A stretch of 63,804 nt of DNA, filler included, from Candidatus Rokuibacteriota bacterium (GCA_031406795.1; 5 parts of 5 records of this genome joined end to end with filler, not necessarily neighbours in it), one strand, 5' to 3'. Positions 12,512 to 21,598 are shown, counted from the first letter of the whole stretch. Translations and numbers: made by a program. The notes: generated by a model not told the origin, from the letters alone.

Positions 12512-14419
12512 TCAGGCCCCTACGAGGCCGGGCCGGTACTGCTCGATGATCAGGTCCTGGACGCGGGAGATCAGCCGGAAGGCGTCCTTGAGCGATTTCT
12601 TCTCGTAGGTGCTCAGCGAGCCAGGGTCGATGAAACTGTCGCCCGGGCCGCCGGCCTGGATCTGCTCGAACTGGTGCTGGATGCGCAGCAGCGAGAGAAA
12701 TTCGAAGGCATGCCCGAGTTCCTCCCCGTAGCGGCCCAGCAGCGGGTGGTTCGGCCGCAGCGTGGCCAGGCGGTCCAGCGTGCTGGTATCCGGAATGCCG
12801 GCCTCCAGCGCGCAGAGTCGGGCGATGTTCACGATCGGCCCCAGCGCGCTGATCTTGAGGTTGAGCTTGTCCTTGTGCTCGCCCTGGGTGTCTACCGAGA
12901 AGGCGCCGAAGAACCCGAGCGGCGGGCGGTGCAGCGTGACGGTCCCGGCCAGCCGGGCGTAGAAAACATTCTGGTTGCGCATCGCCTGGGTCAGGTGCGC
13001 GCGCAACTCGTCGGCGAGGGAAAGCGTGCCGGCCAGTCCGCGGAAGTCGAAGAAGATCGTCGCGTGCAGCAGGGCCTCGGGCCCGGGGCTGGTGATCCAT
13101 CGGCTGAACAGGTCGCGCCACGCGGACAGCGGCTGGTTCCAGCGGGGGTTGTCGGCCATGTAGTTGGCCGGGCAGGGGGCGAAGCCGCAGCGAACGAGGC
13201 CGTCCTTCAAGAAGCGAGCGAAGCGGGGGAACCACGCCAGCGCCGCGGCCTCCTCCTCCGGGGTGCGCGGGTCGGCGTAGACCAGGGCGTTGTCCTGGTC
13301 GGTCCGGAAGGTCTGCTCCCGGCGCCCCTCGCTGCCGAAGGCGAGCCAGCACCAGGGCAGCGGCGCCGGCCCGAGACTGCGCAGCGCGAACTCGATCACC
13401 TTACGCACGAGCCGGTCGTTGATCTCGGTGATGATGCGGGTGATGTTGCCGGCGTGCGCGCCGTCTTTGAGCAGCAGTCCGACGATGCTGGTGACCTTCG
13501 CCGCGGCCTGGACGAGCCCGTCGAGGTCCGTCTGGCCCTCGATCTCGCGGACGACGGAGATCGGCGAAGTCCCCTGCAGCACCAGCAGGTCGTGGTTGGT
13601 GACGATCCCCCGCAGGCGGCCGTCGTCCACGACGAGCAGATGGTGGATGTTGTGGCGGAGCATCGTCAGCAGCGCTTCGAAACAGTAGTCCCCGGCGTCC
13701 GCCTTGATCAGCGAGGTGCTCATGATGTTGGCCACCGGTTCGGAGGTCGGGCGCCCGCGGGCGGCGACCTTGTCGCGCAAGTCCCGGTCGGTGATGATCC
13801 CGACCGGGACGCTGTCGCCGTCGGTCAGCACGAGCGAGCTGATGCCGTGGTGCGACATCAGCCGGGCAGCGGCCTGGATGGTGATGTCGCGTGAGGCTGT
13901 TGCGGCCGGGTGCGTGATCAGATCGCCGACCGCCGTTGTGAACAGCAGCTTCTCGCCGCTGCCGAAGAGTTGGCTGCGGCTGCGCATGTCGGTGAAGGCC
14001 TTGTCCATGTACTTGGAGAGAAACGTGCGGTGGAAGTACTCCCGCACCTCGGGGTGGGCTTCGAGCAGCGCGAGGAAATGCTCCCGCGGCATGAGGTAGC
14101 ACGTCGTGTCCTCGACGGCGGTGACGTCGGTTCGGGAGCGATCCCCGCTGTAGAGGGAGAGGAACCCGATGGCGTCCCCCTCGGAGCGGTAGTCGATGAC
14201 GATCTCCTCACTGTCGCTCGAGCGCATCGAGACTTTGGCTCCCCCGGTGCGCACGACTTGCAGGGAGTCGCTTGCCGGCCCGCCCTGGGTGAGGATCGGA
14301 AATCCCTTCGGGTAGTACTCGAGAGACATTGAACCGGCAAGAGCGCTCAGGGTCGGTTCGTCCAGGAGTTGGAATGGGGGTATCCCTTGGAGGAACGAAA
14401 CGGGTTCAAACGTAATCAT
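12512..14419 (-). CDS. cNMP-binding/CBS-pair/DUF294 putative nucleotidyltransferase (copy 2)
   Basis: Same architecture as copy 1, with FGSEGRREQTFRTDQDNA; clearly paralogous. Confidence 0.9.
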   Translation of the reverse strand: MITFEPVSFLQGIPPFQLLDEPTLSALAGSMSLEYYPKGFPILTQGGPASDSLQVVRTGGAKVSMRSSDSEEIVIDYRSEGDAIGFLSLYSGDRSRTDVTAVEDTTCYLMPREHFLALLEAHPEVREYFHRTFLSKYMDKAFTDMRSRSQLFGSGEKLLFTTAVGDLITHPAATASRDITIQAAARLMSHHGISSLVLTDGDSVPVGIITDRDLRDKVAARGRPTSEPVANIMSTSLIKADAGDYCFEALLTMLRHNIHHLLVVDDGRLRGIVTNHDLLVLQGTSPISVVREIEGQTDLDGLVQAAAKVTSIVGLLLKDGAHAGNITRIITEINDRLVRKVIEFALRSLGPAPLPWCWLAFGSEGRREQTFRTDQDNALVYADPRTPEEEAAALAWFPRFARFLKDGLVRCGFAPCPANYMADNPRWNQPLSAWRDLFSRWITSPGPEALLHATIFFDFRGLAGTLSLADELRAHLTQAMRNQNVFYARLAGTVTLHRPPLGFFGAFSVDTQGEHKDKLNLKISALGPIVNIARLCALEAGIPDTSTLDRLATLRPNHPLLGRYGEELGHAFEFLSLLRIQHQFEQIQAGGPGDSFIDPGSLSTYEKKSLKDAFRLISRVQDLIIEQYRPGLVGA

Positions 14420-14435
14420 GGCTGTACGAATCAAT

Positions 14436-14451
14436 AGCAATCCGCGTGCCA
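14436..14451 (-). promoter_or_regulatory. Sigma54 (-24/-12) promoter of DUF294-2/SSS module
   Basis: Minus strand reads TGGCACGCGGATTGCT, a perfect TGGCACG-N4-TTGCW match. Confidence 0.8.
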
Positions 14452-14587
14452 TTGATGAAGAGGGCCGGACGCTGACGGAAACTCCTCTAATACCGGCACG
14501 TTAGAAACCGTTTGGCTGATGCTTTCAGTTGCCGGCGCGGGATCTCGGGAAAAAAAGGTACGGCCCGGCAGATCGGTCAGGCGGCGT

Positions 14588-14602
14588 GTTACAAGAGGTA
14601 AC
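14588..14602. promoter_or_regulatory. Putative enhancer (bEBP) site
   Basis: Palindrome GTTACAAGAGGTAAC about 137 bp upstream of the sigma54 motif. Confidence 0.55.
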
Positions 14603-14625
14603 GGCACCGCAATGAGGAACTTCGT

Positions 14626-15333
14626 TCATGAAGAGACAATCAGCGGCAGGATCTCCTCCGGCGGGCCGATCAGCAGTGCGTTGACGGGCAGCTCGCCGAC
14701 TGGCTGTACGGGGGAGATTTCGACAAGGAAGGCGCCCGCCTTTCTCGCAACGCCGGCGAACAGCGCTGCGGGGGTGTTCCGGACCGAGGTGCCCGCGACG
14801 ATGAAGACCTCGCATTGCGAAAGCGCTTCGAAGCAGTTGACCAGCAGCTCCTGGGGGACGTGCTCCCCCTGCCAGAGGATGCCCGGCCGGACCAGGCCGG
14901 TACAGATCGGGCAGGAGGGCGGATTCGCGATCGGGATATCGCGGTTCACGGAGCGCATCCCGCAGCGCGTGCAGCGGACCACCCAGAGGTTTCCGCGCAA
15001 CTCGAGCACACTCCTGCTCCCGGCGAGCCGGTGCAGACCGTCGATGCCCTCGGTGGCGAGCGTGAACTCCTTCATGCGACTCTCCAGCGTCGTGAGCGCC
15101 TGGTGCGCCGCATTGGGGCGCACGCCGGCCAGCCGCGCGCGGTGTTCGTCGTACCACCGCCAGACCGCGAGCGGATCCTCGAAGAAGGGAAGCGGTGAGT
15201 CGAGGTCGAAGGCCGGCGTTTCACCGGCGGGAATCAGGCCCGCGCCGGTGAGGACGAAGACCCGCCTGGCCTTCGAGAGGCGGGAGCGGACTTCCTCCAG
15301 CAGGCGGCTCTGCTCTGCAGTCGCTGTTGCCAC
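14626..15333 (-). CDS. Sir2/CobB-family protein with degenerate active site
   Basis: LTGAG, PNAAH.AL, IDGLH..AGS, Zn site CTRC/CPIC and AGTS..PAA are present, but TQN is TEG and the catalytic HG is RG. Confidence 0.85.
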   Translation of the reverse strand: MATATAEQSRLLEEVRSRLSKARRVFVLTGAGLIPAGETPAFDLDSPLPFFEDPLAVWRWYDEHRARLAGVRPNAAHQALTTLESRMKEFTLATEGIDGLHRLAGSRSVLELRGNLWVVRCTRCGMRSVNRDIPIANPPSCPICTGLVRPGILWQGEHVPQELLVNCFEALSQCEVFIVAGTSVRNTPAALFAGVARKAGAFLVEISPVQPVGELPVNALLIGPPEEILPLIVSS

Positions 15334-15382
15334 CGGGAGACTGTAGCATACACGCACCCCGCGGCCCGGCCCGCGCACCGGG

Positions 15383-15562
15383 TCAACCCGGCTTTTTGTC
15401 TTCCGTGGCCTGCTGTTCCTGCCACCTGCGGTAGCACTCGAGGCCACAGAAATGGTGCACATAGTCGGGACCCTCGTGCGTGTGCGCCAGATCGTGGGGC
15501 ATCTCCTTCATGCAGATTGAGCAGGCCAGCGGGGCCTCCTGCTGCGGAGTCTTGTCGCTCAT
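15383..15562 (-). CDS. DUF3330-like small Cys/His metal-binding protein
   Basis: CSICMKE...EGPDYVHHFCGLECY..W; strong AGGAGGT RBS. Confidence 0.75.
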   Translation of the reverse strand: MSDKTPQQEAPLACSICMKEMPHDLAHTHEGPDYVHHFCGLECYRRWQEQQATEDKKPG

Positions 15563-15580
15563 CCCGATCACCTCCTTCGA

Positions 15581-15652
15581 GGGCAGGCCGCTGAAAAAGG
15601 CCCATCTGCGGCTCGCACGCCTTGCATCTGGACCCTTTTGAGCAGCCCGCCC
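15581..15652. repeat. Palindromic MITE-like element, family A (short copy)
   Basis: GGCCGCTGAAAAAGGCCCATCTGC...GCCTTGCATCTGGACCCTTTTGAGCAGCC; related to 58882-59000 and 61818-61888. Confidence 0.75.
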
Positions 15653-15704
15653 ATTGAATATTGTAACATTCATGCATCCTGGAGATGGAGACTACAGGAA
15701 TTTA

Positions 15705-16892
15705 TCAACGTTGTCTCGAAGCCGAGGGCCCCAGCAGTCCCTGGGGAATCCAGATTCCAAGCGTCGGGTAGACCCCGCCCTCCGCGTCGAGCCCGGCAGC
15801 GATACCGAGCCGCACGGACAGCGGGAAGACGTACGAAAAATAGAGGTCGAGGCGGATCTCGGCGCCGATTCCGGCGTGCAGTTCGCCCGTTCGGAACGCC
15901 CCGGCGCTCCAGGCTTCGCCGGCGTCGACGAAGAGCGCTCCATGGATGCGACGCAGAAAGAAAGGGGCCGACACGCCGCCGCGTCCGACCTCCAGCAGCG
16001 GGAAGCGGTACTCGAGGCTGGTGAGAAGCGCGCGCTCCCCGCGGAAGCGGTTGGGCGCGTACCCGCGCAGGCGCAGAGTCAGGTCGTCGGGAGCGGTGTC
16101 GATCTCGCCGGCCGTGCTGCCACCCAGGCTGAAAATGCCCTGTTGAGGCGGGCCGCCGCTCACGCTGCCGACGAGCAGGCGGGCCGCAAGCACGTGGCGG
16201 GGTGCGGGAAGCGCGAAGTACTCATTCCAGTCGAGGGTGGTTTGGGTGAAGGTCCGGGTACTGCCGAAGCCCTTCTGGAAATGCTCCAGCCGCAGGTCGA
16301 CCCGGCGGCCTTCGCTCGGGCTGACGGTGAGCGGCCAGCGGTGGGCGTCGGAGGAGGACCAGGCCAGGCGTGTGGAGCCGAGTTGGCCGGTTGCCGGCAA
16401 AACGTCGTCGTCTCCCGGCGATGGCGGCAGGGGGGAGAGCGCGGTGAGTTCGCGGTAGCGATACCCGAGGGCGATCGCCCGGGAGGAGTCGAGGCCAGGG
16501 AAGTCCAGGCCGATGTCGGCGCCGAGGGTGCGGAGACGCTCGCTGTAGTCGGCGCTGGCGCGACCGCGCTTGAGCAGGCCGCCATGCGTGCGGTCAATGT
16601 CCGAGGAGGTCAGGCTCACGGTCGGTCGCAGGCCGGCGTAGGTGTAGTCCAGCCAGTGCATCAGCCGGCCGCTCTCCGGCCCGTACAGGCCGGTGAAGGT
16701 ATAGCGGTGTCGTTGGAGCACATCCTGGCCGCCGGTGATGAGCCCCGCCAGCGTCCCGCTGGCCGGGCTGTATGCCGCCCACGGAAACCAGAGGCGGGGC
16801 AGGATCGTGTCGAGCGGGGAGTAGGCGGTCGATGCCGCCGGCGTTATCGTTCGGGCTGCGGGGTCCTGCCTGCCACCCCGCCGCTGGGGTGG
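15705..16892 (-). CDS. Omp85/BamA-family outer-membrane beta-barrel protein (5' truncated by contig end)
   Basis: LRGY, SLEYRFP, LFVDAGEAW and GIGAEIR barrel motifs; frame stays open to the gap. Confidence 0.8.
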   Translation of the reverse strand, partial: PPQRRGGRQDPAARTITPAASTAYSPLDTILPRLWFPWAAYSPASGTLAGLITGGQDVLQRHRYTFTGLYGPESGRLMHWLDYTYAGLRPTVSLTSSDIDRTHGGLLKRGRASADYSERLRTLGADIGLDFPGLDSSRAIALGYRYRELTALSPLPPSPGDDDVLPATGQLGSTRLAWSSSDAHRWPLTVSPSEGRRVDLRLEHFQKGFGSTRTFTQTTLDWNEYFALPAPRHVLAARLLVGSVSGGPPQQGIFSLGGSTAGEIDTAPDDLTLRLRGYAPNRFRGERALLTSLEYRFPLLEVGRGGVSAPFFLRRIHGALFVDAGEAWSAGAFRTGELHAGIGAEIRLDLYFSYVFPLSVRLGIAAGLDAEGGVYPTLGIWIPQGLLGPSASRQR

Positions 16893-16992
16893 NNNNNNNN
16901 NNNNNNNNNNNNNNNNNNNNNNNNNNNNNNNNNNNNTTAATTAATTAANNNNNNNNNNNNNNNNNNNNNNNNNNNNNNNNNNNNNNNNNNNN
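16893..16992. other. Artificial contig linker
   Basis: N run with TTAATTAATTAA (stops in all six frames). Confidence 0.99.
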
Positions 16993-17115
16993 CTCGTAAC
17001 TCGCCTTCGGCTCAAACAACGAGCCCGCGTCCCTGCGGGACCGCCCCGGGCGGCACTCCGCGCTGATCGGCGTCTTCGCGCATCTTCCCTCAGTGACGCC
17101 CCCGCCGCCTTGCCG
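16993..17115. repeat. Palindromic element, family B (truncated, inverted copy)
   Basis: AACTCGCCTTCGGCTCAAACA is a reverse-complement variant of the TGTCTGAGCCCGCAGGGCGAGTT core at 17290-17312. Confidence 0.55.
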
Positions 17116-17195
17116 TGATCTGTGTCGTTCTGATCGTGATGTCCGTTCACAGGAACTCTCTCTCTGAGTCCGGATAACTGAGTTTGAACGGGTCA

Positions 17196-17392
17196 GGGCG
17201 GTGGCGGTACGGTGTTGTGCGGCCGCGTGGCGGAGCGCGAGGGAACCGGAGCTGCCGCACCGGAGCGTCCCCGAAGGGGCGAAGCGTGCTGTCTGAGCCC
17301 GCAGGGCGAGTTGCACGCTTCGAGCGCAGGGGCGGACAGGCTCCGGTCGAGCGCGGAGCTGGCGGCCGCACGACACCGTGCCGCCGCCGCCC
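17196..17392 (+). repeat. Nested long-hairpin element, family B
   Basis: 31-nt outer arms (17196-17226 / 17362-17392) with inner stems ACCGGAGC/GCTCCGGT and CGAAGCGTGC/GCACGCTTCG. Confidence 0.7.
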
Positions 17393-17416
17393 CGAAACGG
17401 TCGCTTGATCTGTCGG

Positions 17417-18514
17417 CTAGTACTTGCGGCCGGAGACGCCCTTCGTGCTCTTGCTCGTCACGTGGGCTTTCTCCGCCGGCCGCAGCGAGCGGACGGCCGC
17501 GCCGGCCCGCCACATCTCCGAGTCGCGGATGATGCCCAGCTCCTTGGCGAGCTGCTTCTGGTAATCCCGCTTGCCGCACTCCTTGATCACCCGCTCGGCT
17601 TCCTTGCCCGAGGCGACCCGCGCGTACAGCTCCTTGAAGACGGGCAGGGTGGCCTTCTTGAACTTCGGCTTCCAGTCCAGCGCCCCGCGCTGCGCCGTCA
17701 CCGAGCAGTTCGAGTACATCCAGTCCATGCCCTTCTCGTCCACGAGCCGGATCAGGCTCTGCGTGAGCTCCTCGACGGTCTCGTTGAACGCCTCGCTCGG
17801 CGAGTGGCCGTTCTTGCGCAGCACGTCGTACTGCGCCTCCATGATGCCCGCCAGCGCGCCCATCAGCACGCCGCGCTCGCCCGTCAGGTCGCTGTTGGTC
17901 TCGTTCGGGAACGTGGTCGGGAACAGGTAGCCCGAGCCGATGCCGATGCCCAGCGCGATGCAGCGCTCTGCGGCGCGCCCCGTCGCGTCCTGGAACACCG
18001 CGAAGCTCGAGTTGATGCCGGCGCCGGAGAGGAAGTTGCGCCGGACGCTGGTGCCGGAGCCCTTGGGCGCCACCATGATCACGTCCACGTCGCGCGGCGG
18101 CACGACGCCGGTCTTCTTGCTGTAGGTGATGGAGAAGCCGTGCGAAAAGTAGAGCGCGTCGCCGGGCTTGAGGTTCTTCTTGACGGCCGGCCAGATCTGC
18201 CGCTGCGCCGCGTCGGACACCAGCACCTGGATGACCGTGCCCCGCCGCACCGCCTCCTCGATGTCGAAGAGCGTCTTGCCCGGCACCCAGCCGTCTTTGA
18301 GGGCGCGGTCCCAATCGCGCTTGAACGACTTCGCCTGGCCGATGATGACCTTGAAGCCGTTGTCCTTCAGGTTCAGCGCCTGGGCCGGACCCTGGACCCC
18401 GTAGCCGATGATCGCGATGACCTCGTTCTTGAGAACCTTGCGGGCTTTCGCCAGAGAAAACTCCTTGCGCGTCACCACGGTTTCCTTCGAGCCGCCGAAA
18501 TCAATAATCGCCAT
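17417..18514 (-). CDS. ilvC: Ketol-acid reductoisomerase (Bacteroidetes/fungal Ilv5-like type)
   Basis: IGYGVQG.AQALNL, FSHGF, MVAPKGSG, SDLTGERGVLMG and EAFNETVEE. Confidence 0.95.
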   Translation of the reverse strand: MAIIDFGGSKETVVTRKEFSLAKARKVLKNEVIAIIGYGVQGPAQALNLKDNGFKVIIGQAKSFKRDWDRALKDGWVPGKTLFDIEEAVRRGTVIQVLVSDAAQRQIWPAVKKNLKPGDALYFSHGFSITYSKKTGVVPPRDVDVIMVAPKGSGTSVRRNFLSGAGINSSFAVFQDATGRAAERCIALGIGIGSGYLFPTTFPNETNSDLTGERGVLMGALAGIMEAQYDVLRKNGHSPSEAFNETVEELTQSLIRLVDEKGMDWMYSNCSVTAQRGALDWKPKFKKATLPVFKELYARVASGKEAERVIKECGKRDYQKQLAKELGIIRDSEMWRAGAAVRSLRPAEKAHVTSKSTKGVSGRKY

Positions 18515-18608
18515 CAGTTACTCTCCCCCTGGTTGACCGTGCGCGTGCACGGTCGTTTCGTGCGTTGTTGGTTGCGCAATGCCGCCCGTCGGCACGGTGC
18601 CGGGCGCG

Positions 18609-20156
18609 TCACGGCTGGTCGGACGCGGGCTTTTCCGGTCCGGCCTGGGTCGCCAGCATTCTGTTCACGCCCGACACGTACGCCCGCACCGAGGACTCGA
18701 CGATGTCGGTCGATACCGCCCGCGCGGAGATCTCGCGACCCCCCTCGAACTGCACCTTGATGCTGGCCTCGCCGAGAGCGTCCTTCCCGGAGGTCACGGC
18801 GCGGATCTGGTAGGAGAGCAGGGTCCCGCTGACACCCGTGATCCGGTCCACGGCATGGTAGGCCGCGTCGACGGGACCGTCGCCCGTCGCGGAGTCCTGG
18901 TGGGTCTCGTCACCGCGGCGCAGCACCACGGTGGCGGTGGGGATGGAGCGGGTGCCGCTCGTGGTCGCCAGATACTCGAGCGACCAGATTTCCGGCACCA
19001 CCGCGAGGATCTCCTGCTCGACGAGCGCGGTGAGATCTTCGTCGAAGACGTCCTTCTTCTTGTCGCAGAGTTCCTTGAAGTGCACAAAGGCGCTGGTGAC
19101 CAGCTCCTTGTTGAGATCGAAGCCCAGCTCCTGGAGGCGTTTCGCGAAAGCGTGCCGCCCCGAGTGCTTGCCGAGGACCAGTTGGACCTTGGAGAGGCCG
19201 ACGGAGGCCGGGGTCATGATTTCGTACGTGCGCGCGTCCTTGAGCACGCCGTCCTGATGGATCCCGGATTCGTGCGCGAACGCGTTTCGCCCGACGATCG
19301 CCTTGTTCGGCTGGACATCGATCCCGGTGATCCCCGAGAGCAGGCGGCTGGTGCGCATGATCTCCTCGGCCTGGATCCCCGTCGTCGCGTCGAAGAGCGC
19401 AGGGCGGGTCTTGAGCGCCATCACGATCTCCTCGAGACTGGCATTGCCCGCGCGCTCGCCGATGCCGTTCACCGTGCACTCCACCTGTCCGGCGCCGTTC
19501 TGGATCGCCGCCAGCGAATTGGCGACGCCGAGGCCGAGGTCGTCGTGGCAGTGGACCGAGAGCACCGCGCGGGCGATGTTCGGCACCCGCGCGCGGACGA
19601 TCCTGATCAGTTCGCCGAACTCCGAGGGGATCGCGTACCCCACGGTGTCGGGGATGTTAATCGTCGTCGCGCCGGCCTCGATCGCGGCCTCGACGACGGT
19701 GCAGAGGAATTCCCAGTCCGAGCGGAAGGCGTCCTCGGCCGAGAACTCCACGTCTTTGGTGAGGGAGCTGGCGTGCCGGACCGCCGCCACCGCGCGCTTG
19801 AGGATCTCCTCGCGGGTGGTGTTGAATTTCTTCTGGATGTGGATGTCGCTGGTGGCGATGAACGTGTGGATGCGCGGCCGGGCGGCGTGGCGCACCGCGT
19901 CCCAGCAGCGGTCGATGTCGGCGGGGACCGCGCGCGCCAGGCCCGCGATCACCGGGCCCCGCACCTCCCGGGCGATCTCGCGGACCGCTTCGAAATCGCC
20001 GTCCGATGCCACGGGGAAGCCGGCCTCGATGACGTCGACGCCGAGGCGCGCGAGCTGCCGGGCGAGGGTCAGCTTCTCGGTGTTGTTCATCGAGAACCCC
20101 GGTGACTGCTCGCCGTCCCGCAGCGTGGTGTCGAAGATCAGGATCCGGCGGTTCAC
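18609..20156 (-). CDS. leuA: 2-isopropylmalate synthase
   Basis: IFDTTLRDGEQSPG, HCHDDLG, NGIGERAGNA and GKHSGR, plus a C-terminal regulatory domain; GTG start overlaps the pssA stop. Confidence 0.96.
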   Translation of the reverse strand: MNRRILIFDTTLRDGEQSPGFSMNNTEKLTLARQLARLGVDVIEAGFPVASDGDFEAVREIAREVRGPVIAGLARAVPADIDRCWDAVRHAARPRIHTFIATSDIHIQKKFNTTREEILKRAVAAVRHASSLTKDVEFSAEDAFRSDWEFLCTVVEAAIEAGATTINIPDTVGYAIPSEFGELIRIVRARVPNIARAVLSVHCHDDLGLGVANSLAAIQNGAGQVECTVNGIGERAGNASLEEIVMALKTRPALFDATTGIQAEEIMRTSRLLSGITGIDVQPNKAIVGRNAFAHESGIHQDGVLKDARTYEIMTPASVGLSKVQLVLGKHSGRHAFAKRLQELGFDLNKELVTSAFVHFKELCDKKKDVFDEDLTALVEQEILAVVPEIWSLEYLATTSGTRSIPTATVVLRRGDETHQDSATGDGPVDAAYHAVDRITGVSGTLLSYQIRAVTSGKDALGEASIKVQFEGGREISARAVSTDIVESSVRAYVSGVNRMLATQAGPEKPASDQP

Positions 20157-20962
20157 GGCCGGTGCTCCCCCCTGGGATGGTGCCGGTGGGTCTCGTCCGG
20201 GACGCGCGCGAGACGGGTCCGCCGCGCGGAGGAGCGACGCAGCAGGAACATGAGCACCGGTTCGACCGGGCCGGAGAGCAGGTACAGGACCGCCAGGGAG
20301 AACAGCGAAATCTGCGGGTGGATGGCGATCAGCGAGATCAGGATGATGACCGAGACCATCAGGTAGAAGGCGCGGTGCGGCTTGGTCTCGAGCTGCTTGA
20401 AGCTGCGGTAGCGCACCGTGCTGACCATCAGGAAGGAGAGCAGGTAGGTCAGCAGCACGAAGAGAATTCCCGAGGTCTCGCGTCCGCCCGCGTGCATGTG
20501 GTGGAAGAACAGCACGGTGACGGCCAGCGTGCCTCCGGCCATCGGGATCGGCATCCCGGTGAACCAGCGTTTCTCGGTCGAAGCCGCCTGGACGTTGAAC
20601 CGCGCCAGGCGCAGCGCGCCGCACGCCACGAACAGAAACGCGGCGACCCAGCCGATGCGCGTGAAGGCCTTGAGCTCCCAGACGTAGATCAGCAGCGCCG
20701 GGGCGACTCCGAAGGAGACGAGGTCGGCGAGCGAATCGAACTCCACGCCGAAGCGGCTCGAGGTGCCGGTCATCCGTGCGACCTTGCCGTCGAGGCCGTC
20801 CATGAAGGCGGCGATGATGATCGCCACTGCGGCGTACTCGAACTTCAGGTTCATGGAAGACACGATGGCGTAGAACCCGGCGAACAGGTTGCCCGCGGTC
20901 AGCAGGTTCGGGAAGATGTAGGCGCTCTTGGGCGGGGGGGGGCGCAGGGCGGGTTCGCTCAT
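20153..20962 (-). CDS. pssA: CDP-diacylglycerol--serine O-phosphatidyltransferase
   Basis: PNLLTAGNL, DGLDGKVAR..S.FG.EFDSLADLVSFGVAPA and ALRLARFN. Confidence 0.94.
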   Translation of the reverse strand: MSEPALRPPPPKSAYIFPNLLTAGNLFAGFYAIVSSMNLKFEYAAVAIIIAAFMDGLDGKVARMTGTSSRFGVEFDSLADLVSFGVAPALLIYVWELKAFTRIGWVAAFLFVACGALRLARFNVQAASTEKRWFTGMPIPMAGGTLAVTVLFFHHMHAGGRETSGILFVLLTYLLSFLMVSTVRYRSFKQLETKPHRAFYLMVSVIILISLIAIHPQISLFSLAVLYLLSGPVEPVLMFLLRRSSARRTRLARVPDETHRHHPRGEHRP

Positions 20963-21585
20963 CAACTGGTCCTCCAGCGGGCGATGACGTCGGAACCGCC
21001 GCGCAGGCGATCGCCGATGCGCACGGCGGGTTCGGCTGCCGGGGGCAGGAACAGATCGACCCGGGAACCGAAGCGGATGAGCCCGTAGCGCTCGCCGCGC
21101 GCGACGACCGCGCCGGGCGCCAGGTGACAGACGATGCGCCGGGCGATGAGCCCGGTGATCTGCACGAAGCGCACGTCCCCGCGCGGCGTGCGCACGGTGA
21201 CCGAGGCCTGGACGTTGTCGCTCGAGGCCTCGTGCTTCCAGGCGGCGAGAAATTTCCCCGGGCGGCGCGTGACATCGATGACCTCGCCCGCGACGGGCGA
21301 GCGGTTGACGTGGACGTTGAAGATCGAGAGGAAGATGCTGATCTGCGTGCCGCCGTCGGGCTGGCGGACGATCTCGATCACCCGGCCGTCGGCGGGCGAA
21401 ACCAGCGTCGCCGGGTCGGCGGGTATCTGCCGGACCGGGTCGCGGAAGAACCAGGTGACGAACAGCGCGAGCACGAACGCCACCCCGGCGGCCGCCCGCC
21501 ACTGCAGGACGGCGCAGAGCAGCACCAGCGCGAAGGCGGGGAGAATGAAGGGCCAGCCTTCGCCGGCGATCGGGAATCGTGTCAC
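20962..21585 (-). CDS. psd: Phosphatidylserine decarboxylase proenzyme (short type)
   Basis: FFRDP, SPADG and FNVHVNRSP; RFGSRVD self-cleavage site. Confidence 0.93.
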   Translation of the reverse strand: MTRFPIAGEGWPFILPAFALVLLCAVLQWRAAAGVAFVLALFVTWFFRDPVRQIPADPATLVSPADGRVIEIVRQPDGGTQISIFLSIFNVHVNRSPVAGEVIDVTRRPGKFLAAWKHEASSDNVQASVTVRTPRGDVRFVQITGLIARRIVCHLAPGAVVARGERYGLIRFGSRVDLFLPPAAEPAVRIGDRLRGGSDVIARWRTS

Positions 21586-21598
21586 GGGCCGGCTCGTC

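Noticed and set aside
18609-21275. Apparent 888-aa LeuA, and similarly extended MetG, TatD, exonuclease and PqiC ORFs
   Set aside because: The extensions are off-frame readings of upstream genes; internal starts overlap or closely follow the upstream stops.
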